Origin: Candidatus Eiseniibacteriota bacterium
Lineage (GTDB): Bacteria; Eisenbacteria; RBG-16-71-46; CAVPCR01
Reading direction: 5' to 3'
Length of the DNA: 64,000 nucleotides
Assembly (NCBI GenBank): GCA_963702435.1
Contig: CAVPCR010000001.1
Span: 64,001-128,000, forward strand
Shown: piece by piece, positions 28,279 to 38,317 of the stretch
Numbering within the stretch: position 1 is the first letter of the stretch
Layout: the number at the start of each line of letters is the position of its first letter
Made by a program: the position numbers and the translations under genes
Notes under the pieces: model-generated
The model's input: the letters and a program-made list of their open reading frames with translations, nothing else
Databases searched by the model: none
What the model was told of the DNA's origin: nothing

Positions 28279-29079
28279 TCAGGCTCCGCGCCCGGCGGCG
28301 CCCTCGCGCCGCGCGGGCCTCCTGGCGAGGCCGCCGATCGCGATCGCGGCAATCCCGAGGCAGAAGACCTGGGTGAGGCTCAGCTGCAGGCCGAGCATGT
28401 GGACCGACTCCCCGCCCGGCTCGTAGTGCCGGAAGAAGTCGATCGCGAAGCGGGTGGCCGATTCGAAGAGGAGGAAGAGGAAGAAGAGCTGCCCGGGTCG
28501 GGTGAGCCGCCGGCGGAGCGACCACAGCACGAAGAAGCTCCCGAATCCGGCGAGCGCGAGGTAGAGCTGCGTCGGATGGAGCGGCACGCCGGGGTAGACC
28601 TCGCCGGCGAAGGAGTCCGGCGCGAAGGTGATCGCCCACGGCAGCTCGCACGGCCGCCCGAAGCAACAGCCGTTCAGGAAGCAGCCGAGGCGCGTGATGC
28701 CGGAACCGAGCGCGATCGCCGGGCTGAACGCGTCGCACACGGCGAGCACGGGCTGGCGATGCCGGCGCAGATAGAGAAACGAGCCCACCAGAGCGGCGAT
28801 GAACCCACCGTACATGGTGAGCCCGCCCTCCCACATCTTGAAGACATCGCCCCAGCGCCCGGCGTAGGCATCGAGGTGGGTCGCGACGTAGAGGAGCCGC
28901 GAGCCCGCGATCGCGAACACCATGATCCAGAGGCAGAGCGCCGAGAGCCGCGCCTCGTCGAGCTTGCGACGCCGCCCCTCGGCGAGGGCGACCTGCATGC
29001 CGGTGAGGAACGCCACCGCGAGCATGAGCCCGTAGCTGTGGATCTCGAGCGGTCCGATCTTGAACAGGGTGGGTATCAC
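28279..29079 (-). CDS. lgt: prolipoprotein diacylglyceryl transferase
   Basis: IHSYGLM, WEGGLTMYGG, RLGCFLNGCCFG, HPTQLY, RFAIDFFR. Confidence 0.96.
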   Translation of the reverse strand: MIPTLFKIGPLEIHSYGLMLAVAFLTGMQVALAEGRRRKLDEARLSALCLWIMVFAIAGSRLLYVATHLDAYAGRWGDVFKMWEGGLTMYGGFIAALVGSFLYLRRHRQPVLAVCDAFSPAIALGSGITRLGCFLNGCCFGRPCELPWAITFAPDSFAGEVYPGVPLHPTQLYLALAGFGSFFVLWSLRRRLTRPGQLFFLFLLFESATRFAIDFFRHYEPGGESVHMLGLQLSLTQVFCLGIAAIAIGGLARRPARREGAAGRGA

Positions 29080-29154
29080 GCGCTCCCTCGACGGCGCGAT
29101 GTTCCGGCGCGCCGCATGCTCCAGTCCACGCTTCCTGCGTCCCCGGTTCCGGTC

Positions 29155-30408
29155 CTAGTACTCGTGGCGGCGGAGGCCGATTCCGAGCACGAGACCGAGC
29201 CCGACCAGATTGACGACGAGGGCCGTGCCGCCGTAGCTCACGAGCGGCAGCGGCAGCCCGGTCACCGGTGCGAGCCCCATCGTCATCGCCACGTTGATCA
29301 CCACGTGGAAGAAGAGCGGTGCCCCCACCCCGAACGCGATCAGGCTCGCGAAGCGGCTGCGCGCGCTCCGCGCGATGGTGATGATGCCGCTGAAGAGGAT
29401 GAAGTAGAGCCCGAGGATGGCGAGTCCGCCGGCGAAACCGAACTCCTCCCCGGCCACCGAGAAGACGAAGTCGGTGTGCTTCTCGGGAAGGAACTGGAAG
29501 TTCTTCTGCGTCCCCTGCAGGTAGCCCTGGCCGAGGAGCCCGCCCGAGCCGATCGCGATCTCCGACTGGATGATCTGGTAGCCGGAGCCGAAGCGATCGT
29601 GCCCCGGGTTCATGAAGGCGGTGATGCGATCACGCTGGTAGGGCTTCATGCTGCCCCAGATCTGGGGTGTAGCCACGCCCACCGTCAGATTGATGAGACA
29701 GAGCGCGATGACCGGCCCCCAGCGCAGCCGGTAGCGGTTCAGGCAGAACGAGAGCGTGGCGACGAAGGCCATCGCGAAGAGCCCCCAGGTGAGGGCGGAG
29801 AACGCGGCGATGACGCTCACGACCGGCGAGGTCAGGAGCGCGAGGTAGGACAGCGGCAGTCCCGCCCAGTAGAGCATGGCGATCAGGATGAAGGGGAACG
29901 CGATCGCGGTGCCGAGGTCCGGCTGCTTGAGGATGAAGAGCATCGGCAAGAGGACGAGCGCACAGGGCACGACGAGGCTCCGCACGTTCATGACGTCGCG
30001 GCGCCGGCGCGACAGATAGTAGGCGAGCGCGATCACCGTCGTCAGCTTGGCGATCTCCGACGGCTGGAAGCGGACACTACCGAGGCTCAGCCAGCGCTGC
30101 GCGCCGAGGCTCGTCTCGCCGATGACGAGGACCAGCGCGACGAGGACGAGCGAGATCCCCCAGCCCACGTAGGCGCGAATCCCCTCGTAGAGCGTGAACG
30201 GGACGGCGACGGCGCCGCCCATCCCCACTATCCCGATCGCGAGCCACAAGAGCTGGCGCAGATGGTGGTTCGTGATCGCCGTGAACCGCGAGCCGGTGGC
30301 CGCCGAGTAGATGAGGAGGATTCCGAACAGGGCGAGCAGGAGCGCCGAGCCGAGAATGGCAAGCTGCGATCCGACGAGGATCCCGCGCCCGCTCCGTGCG
30401 TTCATCAT
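29155..30408 (-). CDS. rodA: rod shape-determining protein RodA (SEDS)
   Basis: GAQRWL, FQPSEIAK, KQPDLGT, GYQIIQSEIAIGSGG, LPEKHTDFVF, GLPLPLVSYGG. Confidence 0.97.
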   Translation of the reverse strand: MMNARSGRGILVGSQLAILGSALLLALFGILLIYSAATGSRFTAITNHHLRQLLWLAIGIVGMGGAVAVPFTLYEGIRAYVGWGISLVLVALVLVIGETSLGAQRWLSLGSVRFQPSEIAKLTTVIALAYYLSRRRRDVMNVRSLVVPCALVLLPMLFILKQPDLGTAIAFPFILIAMLYWAGLPLSYLALLTSPVVSVIAAFSALTWGLFAMAFVATLSFCLNRYRLRWGPVIALCLINLTVGVATPQIWGSMKPYQRDRITAFMNPGHDRFGSGYQIIQSEIAIGSGGLLGQGYLQGTQKNFQFLPEKHTDFVFSVAGEEFGFAGGLAILGLYFILFSGIITIARSARSRFASLIAFGVGAPLFFHVVINVAMTMGLAPVTGLPLPLVSYGGTALVVNLVGLGLVLGIGLRRHEY

Positions 30409-30423
30409 CGCATCCGGCTCCTG

Positions 30424-32346
30424 TCAGTCCGCCGTGGCGCCGCCGGGCGCTCCCACCTGCGCCAGCTCGCCGCCGCCGCGACCGAAGTAGGCGCGGAGGA
30501 TAGCCCCCGCCACCGGGGCGGCGAACTCGCCGCCGTGTCCGACGTTCTCGATGACGACGGCCACGGCGATCTCCGGCGCCTCGACCGGCGCGAATGCGGC
30601 GAAGAGGGCGTGGTCCTCGCCGTGCGGATTCTGCGCGGTGCCGGTCTTCCCCGCGACCCGGACGCCGGCCACGCGCGCCCGCTTGCCGGTGCCGCGCTCG
30701 GCGCCGACCACTTGCTCGAGCGATCCGACGACGCGCTGTCGCACCGCGGGCGGGATGTCGAGCGGGTGCGCCGCCGGACCCGCGAGCTGGCGGCCGCCGA
30801 GTTCCTGCATGACGTGGGGGACCGGCACCTGCCCGGTGCCGATCGCGGCCATCATCACGGCGAGCTGGAGCGGGGTCGCCAGCACCTCGCCCTGTCCGAT
30901 CGAGAGGTTGAGGACGGCGCCCTTGCTCCACTTCCCGCGGCCGTAGTTCCGGTTGTACCAGGCGGTGTCCGGGAAGAGCCCCTTGCGCTCGTTGAGCTCG
31001 ATGCCGGTCGGCTGCGCGAGCCCGAAACGCCGCGCATAGTCGCCCAGGCGATCGATACCGAGGCGCAGGCCGGCCTGATAGAAGTAGGTGTCGCAGGACA
31101 GCATCATGGCGTCCGCGAAGACGACCGAGCCGTGCACGTGATGGCAGCCGAAGTAGCGGTTCCCGAACTGGTAGCCGCCGGTGCAGGTCCGCAGGTACTC
31201 CTCCGGCCCCACCGCGTTCTCGGCCAGCGCGGCCGAGCCGGTCACCACCTTGAACACGGAGCCCGGCGGGTACTCCGAGTTGAGCACCCGATTGTGGAGC
31301 GGGTGCGCCGGGTCGTCGTCGAGCTTCTTCCAGGACTCGCGGGTGAGCCCGGCTGCGAACTCGTTCGGATCGAAGGTCGGCCGGCTGAGCGCGGCGAGCA
31401 CTCCCCCCGTGCGCGCATCGAGCACCACGACCGCACCGGAGAGCGAGTCCGGAAGGGCCGCCTCGGCGGCGAGCTGGAGGTCGAGGTCGAGCGTGAGCTT
31501 CGCCTCCTCGCCGGCCACCGGGGGGCGGAGCTTCGGGAAGCGCGTGAGCGGCATGAGATCGTCCATGCGCCGGCCGAGCGCGTTCACCTCGACCAGGCGC
31601 ACGCCGTTCAGCCCGCACAGGTTGTCCTCGAACGCCGCCTCCACCCCCGCCCGGCCGATCAGATCCCCGCGCTCGTAGCGACGCCCGGCGAACGGCGTCG
31701 GGACCGGCGCCTCGGTCCCCGGAGCCGCCTGCCCGGTCGCGGCGAGCTGCTTCGTGAGCTCGGCCTCGGTGATCTCCCCGACGTAGCCGAGGAGGTGCGC
31801 GGCGAGCCGGCCATGCACATAGCGGCGGCGCGGCTCGATCGCGATCGAAACGCCCGGGAACTGCTCGCGATGCTCCTCGATGTAGGCGACGGTGGCCGCG
31901 TCCGCATTGCGCAGCAGGTAGACGGGCAGGTACGAGCGACCCTTCTCGCGCGCGATCGTCTCCGCCATGACCGCCGGCTCGACCGCGATGACAGGCGCGA
32001 GGCGCTCGAGCGTCGTCTGCAGCCGACCGGGCGTGCGGAACGAGCGATCGAACGGATCGAGCGCCACCGTACACGACGGCTCCGAGTCGACGAGCACGTT
32101 CCCCGAGCGGTCGCGGATCACGCCGCGGATCGCGGGGAGCACCTCCTCGCGCAGCACGTTGTCACGGGCCAGCTCGTGCAGCCGCTCGTGCTCGACGGCC
32201 TGCAGGTAGAGGAGGCGGAGGAGCAGAACGATGAAGGTGACGGTCAGCACCTGGTGCGCGCCGCGGGCGCGTGCGGCCGAGGCGCGGGAGGGCTCGGCGG
32301 GCGAACGCCGCCCACCCCCTCTAACCAAGCCGGAAAAGACGCTCAT
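30424..32346 (-). CDS. mrdA: penicillin-binding protein 2
   Basis: TM anchor, RGVIRDR, AAHLLGYVGE, PPGSVFK (SxxK), SCDTYFY, GKTGTAQ. Confidence 0.96.
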   Translation of the reverse strand: MSVFSGLVRGGGRRSPAEPSRASAARARGAHQVLTVTFIVLLLRLLYLQAVEHERLHELARDNVLREEVLPAIRGVIRDRSGNVLVDSEPSCTVALDPFDRSFRTPGRLQTTLERLAPVIAVEPAVMAETIAREKGRSYLPVYLLRNADAATVAYIEEHREQFPGVSIAIEPRRRYVHGRLAAHLLGYVGEITEAELTKQLAATGQAAPGTEAPVPTPFAGRRYERGDLIGRAGVEAAFEDNLCGLNGVRLVEVNALGRRMDDLMPLTRFPKLRPPVAGEEAKLTLDLDLQLAAEAALPDSLSGAVVVLDARTGGVLAALSRPTFDPNEFAAGLTRESWKKLDDDPAHPLHNRVLNSEYPPGSVFKVVTGSAALAENAVGPEEYLRTCTGGYQFGNRYFGCHHVHGSVVFADAMMLSCDTYFYQAGLRLGIDRLGDYARRFGLAQPTGIELNERKGLFPDTAWYNRNYGRGKWSKGAVLNLSIGQGEVLATPLQLAVMMAAIGTGQVPVPHVMQELGGRQLAGPAAHPLDIPPAVRQRVVGSLEQVVGAERGTGKRARVAGVRVAGKTGTAQNPHGEDHALFAAFAPVEAPEIAVAVVIENVGHGGEFAAPVAGAILRAYFGRGGGELAQVGAPGGATAD

Positions 32347-32875
32347 GGAACCGCGGTCCGTGGGCGCGGAGCCAGCCCCACGCCGAGACGAGGAGAGGAC
32401 AGAGGAGTGCAGTGTAGAGCGCCGTGGGGAGCCCGATGCGGAAGAAGAGCGCGACGAACTCCCCGGGCCGCCCCCGCGACACGAGCGTGAAGACGACCAG
32501 GTCGTGCAGGATACCGGCCGCAAGCAGGGTGACCGACTGCGCGCGCAGGTTGTCCTTGAACAGGCGCTGCCCCGCCCACAGCTTGCCGGTGAAGAAGCCG
32601 ACCAGGCACTTGGCGAGCGCATGCACGCCGAGATCCTGCGGCGCCGAGAGATCCTCGAGGAGACCGATCAGGAACCCGAGCACCGCTCCCGGCGTCGACC
32701 CCTGGTAGCGAGCGAAGTAGTACGTGAGGGCGAGGAGCAGGTTCGGCTCGATGCCGAAGGCGCGGAGGCGGAAGGTGGCCGACGTCTCGAGCGCGAGGGC
32801 GGCCAGGACGAAGCCCGCGAGCACGAGCGAGGAGCGGCGCCAGAGGGCGCCGTCGAACGAGTGGCGGCCGCTCAC
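32321..32875 (-). CDS. mreD: rod shape-determining protein MreD
   Basis: Hydrophobic, IEPNLLL, GAVLGFLIGLLEDL; lies between mreC and mrdA. Confidence 0.92.
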   Translation of the reverse strand: MSGRHSFDGALWRRSSLVLAGFVLAALALETSATFRLRAFGIEPNLLLALTYYFARYQGSTPGAVLGFLIGLLEDLSAPQDLGVHALAKCLVGFFTGKLWAGQRLFKDNLRAQSVTLLAAGILHDLVVFTLVSRGRPGEFVALFFRIGLPTALYTALLCPLLVSAWGWLRAHGPRFHERLFRLG

Positions 32876-33879
32876 CGCGCCCCCACCAGGCCGCCGGGAG
32901 CCGGCGGCGCCGCGGGGCGGCCGGAAGCCGGTGGCGACATGGGCGAGAGCGGCATGGGCGAGAGCGGCATGGGCGAGAGCGGCGCCGGCGGGTCCGCGGC
33001 GCGCGCCGCGCCCGACAGCGCGGACGGCCCGGGCTGGACGGCGGCCGCGCTGGGAACCGGGGCCGCCGCCACCTCGCGCAGCGCGAAAACCTCCTCCAGG
33101 GCGCTGAAATCCACGGCCGGCTTGAGGCTGATGTCGAGGACCAGGCCGGTCTCGTCAGGCTTGACTGCGCTGACCGTGCCCACCGCGATCCCCTCGGGGA
33201 ACACGCCGCCGAGCCCCGAGGAGACCACGCGATCCCCGACCTTGACGTCGGCGAGGTACGAGACGTGGCGAAGCTTGAGCACGCCGAGCGCCCCCGGCGA
33301 CCACTCGGCGATGCCGGCGACGCGGCTCCGCTCGACCCGCGCCGCTACCGCGCAATCGGCGTGGTTCAGGAGAAAGGCATGCGCCCGTTCGGGCCGCACC
33401 TCGACCACCTTGCCGGCGAGCCCCTCCCGCCCGGCGAGCGGCATGCCGACGCGGATCCCCTGGTTGAAACCGCGGTTCAAGAGCACGGTCCGCCCGCCCA
33501 GGCGCCCGGCGCCCTCGGCCAGGATCTCGCAGCCGATGAGCTCGAGCGTCTCGCGGGCCTGGAAGCCGAGCATGGCCCGGAGTCGCGCGTTCTCGAGCCG
33601 GAGCTCGGCGGTGCGCACGAGCTCGAGCTCCGCCCTGGCGAGATCGAGCTTCAGCTCCTGGTTGGAGGCGAACACCGAGCGGACGTGCCGGTAGCTGCGG
33701 TCGACGGCACGGAACGGGCTCAGGAAGAAGTCCTCGACGTGGCGCGCGATCTGCGCCTGGGCCGAGTCGGTGAAGCTCATGAGCGCGATCGAGAGCGCGC
33801 ACAGTCCGACCACCACCGCGAGTTCCCCGCGGCGGTCGAGGAAGCCGGCCCGGCTCCTGGATTCGCTGGCTTTCTCCAT
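32872..33879 (-). CDS. mreC: rod shape-determining protein MreC
   Basis: TM anchor, coiled coil LRLENARLRAML, GLAGKV, VKVGDRVVSSGLGGVFPEGIAVG; Pro-rich tail. Confidence 0.95.
   Translation of the reverse strand: MEKASESRSRAGFLDRRGELAVVVGLCALSIALMSFTDSAQAQIARHVEDFFLSPFRAVDRSYRHVRSVFASNQELKLDLARAELELVRTAELRLENARLRAMLGFQARETLELIGCEILAEGAGRLGGRTVLLNRGFNQGIRVGMPLAGREGLAGKVVEVRPERAHAFLLNHADCAVAARVERSRVAGIAEWSPGALGVLKLRHVSYLADVKVGDRVVSSGLGGVFPEGIAVGTVSAVKPDETGLVLDISLKPAVDFSALEEVFALREVAAAPVPSAAAVQPGPSALSGAARAADPPAPLSPMPLSPMPLSPMSPPASGRPAAPPAPGGLVGAR
32938..32983. repeat. 15-bp coding tandem repeat (three copies, PLSPM) in the MreC tail
   Basis: CATGGGCGAGAGCGG repeated three times. Confidence 0.9.
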
Positions 33880-33924
33880 GGGCTAGGCGCGGGGCGCCGG
33901 GTCCGTCCGGCACCCGAATCGGCT

Positions 33925-35027
<1,103 letters not shown>

Positions 35028-35140
35028 TCACCCGTCCCTGAGTGGCGGCGGGGGCGGCCAGGCCCGGCCAGAGGAGCGCCGGCCACCCGACGAGGGCAGA
35101 GCATCGGGGCACTCACCCCGGCCCCACGTGAACCGGGCCA

Positions 35141-35157
35141 AGCAACCGCCGTTCCAG
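35141..35157 (-). promoter_or_regulatory. candidate sigma54 promoter upstream of mreB
   Basis: CTGGAACGGCGGTTGCT, nearly identical to the box at 8829-8845. Confidence 0.6.
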
Positions 35158-35425
35158 CCAGAGGCACCACACGGATCCGCATCCCGGCGCCGTGAACGGG
35201 CGCCCGCTGGTCTCGGCAAGTTGAAGGCAGAAGACGGGTTGCACGCTAGCAGAGGGGCGGGGCGTTTGCAAGCAGCTTCCCCCCGGGTGGCGAATTCGAA
35301 GTAGAGCCGGGCGAGCCCGGAGCGCGCGGGCGGATCGTTTCCGATCACCCCGGCCAGACTCTCCCCGCTCCCATGGCCGCCCCGACCCCGGAGGACCACC
35401 TGGCCGACAGCGCCGCGCACCTCGT

Positions 35426-35455
35426 TTGACTTGGGCGAATCCCCGGTGCTAGCTT
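35426..35455 (+). promoter_or_regulatory. sigma70-type promoter
   Basis: TTGACT-N18-TAGCTT with an extended TG. Confidence 0.5.
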
Positions 35456-35494
35456 GAATTTGGGCCCCGAGCCATCATGCAGGAGGTGTTCGTC

Positions 35495-36073
35495 ATGCGA
35501 CGCCTGAGTTCATCCGGGCACGCGCCCGCGAGCCCCCGGCGCGTCCCGGCAGCCGGTGTTCACGCCCTCATCTGCGCTCTGGTCCTTGCCGCGCTCCTCC
35601 CCGCTCCCGCCGCCGCCGGCCCGCCGTCGAGCGGCGACCCCGGCACTCCCGACGATGTCCTCGAGAAGCAGCGCGATGTGGCGCCCAGCCTCAACCCGGT
35701 CATGAAGGGGGAGACGCGGGTCGCCGGCACCGTGCTCGATCGCCGGGAGCACCCGCTCTCCGGGATCGAGGTCAAGCTGTTCGTGGACGGAGTCCTCCGC
35801 CGCGAGGTCGTGACGGACGCGGTCGGCCAGTACGACTTCAAGCAACTCATCAACTACACGGGCAAGGAGACGGTGGCGATCTGGTTCGTCGATCCGATGC
35901 GGAAGATCGTGCCGAAGGCGCTGATCCTGGCCGAGAGCCCGGCCAGCAAGCAGGCCAGGCTCCTCTCGCCCTGCTTCGCGCGCGTCCAGTTCGAGGAGGT
36001 CGTCGAGAGCCGCGTGCACCTCTTCGACCGGGAGACCCGCTCGCAGCAGATCTTCGCGAGCGAGTGCCTGTAG
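35495..36073 (+). CDS. hypothetical secreted protein with a carboxypeptidase-regulatory/prealbumin-like fold
   Basis: AGGAGG RBS, signal peptide, VAGTVLDRREHPLSGIEVKLF...VTDAVGQYDF. Confidence 0.8.
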   Translation: MRRLSSSGHAPASPRRVPAAGVHALICALVLAALLPAPAAAGPPSSGDPGTPDDVLEKQRDVAPSLNPVMKGETRVAGTVLDRREHPLSGIEVKLFVDGVLRREVVTDAVGQYDFKQLINYTGKETVAIWFVDPMRKIVPKALILAESPASKQARLLSPCFARVQFEEVVESRVHLFDRETRSQQIFASECL

Positions 36074-36121
36074 GCGGCGGCGCGCCTCAGGCGGCCGGGC
36101 GCCTCAGGCGGCGGCGGCGCC

Positions 36122-37348
36122 TCAGGCGGCGGCGCGGTCCGGGCGGCGTTGCCGGCCGTCGCGACGCGCGGCGAGATGCCGCTGCCAGCGCGGCGGCAGG
36201 AGACGCGGATCGCTGTCGCGGTAGAGGGTCGCCGCGCTCTCGAGGTCGCCGAGCTCCATCAGGAGCAGCTCCGCGGCCAGGAGCCGCGCGAGTTCGGCGC
36301 GCGGCTCGCCCGGATCGGCCGCGGCGTAGTCGATGAGGGCCTGCGCTGCGGCTTCGAACTCGCCTTCGGCGCGGAGAGCGCGCGCGATCGCGATCTGATC
36401 GTCCGCCGCGAGGACCGCGGCGGGCAGGAGGCGTTCGAGCTCCAGGTAGAGGGCCACGGCCGCCTTGCGATCGCGCCGGAGCTCGCCTCCCACTGCGCGC
36501 TGATACATGGCGATCGCCCGCCCGCGCCTCCCGGCCGCGACGAGGCCCCGCGCGTAGGCTCCCAGCACCTGCGCATCGGGATGGCGGGTGAGCCGCAGCG
36601 CGGACTCGTACTCCCCGCAGGCCGCGAACCAGCCGCCCGCCTCCGCGTAGCGGGCCGCGCGCGCCACCTGGCGCTCGTAGCGCCCGGCCGCGAGCGCGCC
36701 GCCGGCGACCGCGAGCGCCGCTCCGGCGACGAACCCGCCGAGGTGCGACCAGTAGGCCGTGTAGCCCTCGGGCACGAAGAGACCGTACCCGAGTTGGAGC
36801 GCCACCCACGCGAAGACGGCCACCGGCACCGGGATGAAGCGCACGCCGACCTTGTGTACGCCGTGCAGGAGAAGCAGGGTCGCCGACGCCACGCGCACGC
36901 GCGCGTGCGGCAAGCGGATGAGGAGCGCGCCCAGGATGCCGGCCACCGCGCCGGAAGCGCCGACGACCGGGTGGCCCGCGAAGTCCGGCGCGAAGAGATT
37001 GACGCACGCCGCCTGCGCCACCATGGCGAGAACACCCGAGACGAGATACAGAGCGAGGAAGCGGACGCGGCCGAGTCGGTCCTCGACCGCCGGCCCGAGC
37101 AGGAGGAGGTAGAGCATGTTGCCGGCCAGATGGAGCGGCCCCGCGTGCAGGAAGCAGGCGGTGAGGGCGTCGAGAAGGGCCGGCGCGGCGGGCTTCCAGG
37201 CCAGCGCATAGACGAGCCCGGGCGCGCGCAGGACGAAGTCGACGACCAGGAGGACGGCGATGTTGGCGAGGACGAGGAACGGCACGACCACGCTCCGCCG
37301 GGCGAGAGTCACGTCGGTGCCGATGGGCAGGAAGAAGAAGTAGTTCAT
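36122..37348 (-). CDS. rhomboid intramembrane serine protease with a C-terminal TPR-like region
   Basis: FLHAGPLHLAGNMLYL, VEDRLG, VVGASGAVAG, AYWSHLGGF; helical C-terminus. Confidence 0.93.
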   Translation of the reverse strand: MNYFFFLPIGTDVTLARRSVVVPFLVLANIAVLLVVDFVLRAPGLVYALAWKPAAPALLDALTACFLHAGPLHLAGNMLYLLLLGPAVEDRLGRVRFLALYLVSGVLAMVAQAACVNLFAPDFAGHPVVGASGAVAGILGALLIRLPHARVRVASATLLLLHGVHKVGVRFIPVPVAVFAWVALQLGYGLFVPEGYTAYWSHLGGFVAGAALAVAGGALAAGRYERQVARAARYAEAGGWFAACGEYESALRLTRHPDAQVLGAYARGLVAAGRRGRAIAMYQRAVGGELRRDRKAAVALYLELERLLPAAVLAADDQIAIARALRAEGEFEAAAQALIDYAAADPGEPRAELARLLAAELLLMELGDLESAATLYRDSDPRLLPPRWQRHLAARRDGRQRRPDRAAA

Positions 37349-37445
37349 CCCCTCCCGTTATCGGCCACCGCCGGCCCGACCGCGAGCGGTACCGCGCCGC
37401 GCCGCGCCACCGCCGGCCCGACCGCGAGCGTCGTCCCGGCGCGGG

Positions 37446-38309
37446 CTAGCCCGGCCGGCGGACGCCGATCAGGATGGCGCGGAGCTCGGGGCGCGCGTCG
37501 GGTCCCGGGCCCGAGAGGACGGCCTCCTCGACCCGACCATAGGCATGCACGAAGCGCGGCGGTGCGGTGAACAGGGCGACGTGATTCACCGTTCCGTCCC
37601 GCCCGAAGAAGAGGAGATCGCCGGGACGCGCGCTCTCGCCGCGCCCGAGCGGCCGGGCGACCCGGATCTGGTCCCTGGCGTCCCGCGGCAATCCGAGTCC
37701 GCACTGCGCGTACGTCCACTGCACGAGCCCCGAGCAATCGAAGCCCAGGGTCGACGTGCCTCCCCACAGGTAGCCGGCACCCACCTGCGCGCGCGCGAGC
37801 GACACCGCCCGCCTGGCGCGCTCGGCGGTGCCGCTCGCGCCCGGCGCCGTTCGCCAGGTCGGGCCGAGCTCGCGGGCCGCCACGAATCCGATGCCGCCGC
37901 CGGGCAGGAGGATCGCCATGAAGGCGGGATGCGCCGGCTCCGCGGCGAGCGGGACGAAGCGCGCCCCCCAAGGCACGCGCGCGAGGACCGCGGAGCGGGC
38001 CTCCGGTACTGCGTGCACGCGGACCGTGTGGCGCCAGGCGACGGCGCGCGCCGCACCCGCCCAGGCTCTGGCGGTGCGCTCGGTCGCGAGCACGAGCGAC
38101 CAGCTGCGCACCCAGCCGGCGTAGCCGTCGTATCCGGCGGCGAGGTACCAGGAGCCGCGGCGCGCGAGGATCGCGAGCACTTCGCCGTGGAGGCGCTGGC
38201 TCCTGAGCTCGGCGCGATGATCGGGCCGCGCGTACAGGTTCGCCAGCGGGGTCGCGACGACGGCACAGCTCGCGCCTCGAGCCCTGCGGCCGCCACGTGC
38301 TCTCGCCAT
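37446..38309 (-). CDS. SH3-like plus NlpC/P60 (C40) peptidoglycan peptidase, YkfC-like
   Basis: SQRLHGE, DGYAGWV, YLWGG..GFDCSGLVQ, LPRDARDQ, PGDLLFF, HVALF, FVHA. Confidence 0.92.
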   Translation of the reverse strand: MARARGGRRARGASCAVVATPLANLYARPDHRAELRSQRLHGEVLAILARRGSWYLAAGYDGYAGWVRSWSLVLATERTARAWAGAARAVAWRHTVRVHAVPEARSAVLARVPWGARFVPLAAEPAHPAFMAILLPGGGIGFVAARELGPTWRTAPGASGTAERARRAVSLARAQVGAGYLWGGTSTLGFDCSGLVQWTYAQCGLGLPRDARDQIRVARPLGRGESARPGDLLFFGRDGTVNHVALFTAPPRFVHAYGRVEEAVLSGPGPDARPELRAILIGVRRPG

Positions 38310-38317
38310 CCGCCGCC

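Noticed and set aside
27451..32490. 1679-aa plus-strand ORF
   Set aside because: It is the antisense shadow of aroE-lgt-rodA-mrdA. High GC suppresses stop codons and the translation has no recognisable domain.
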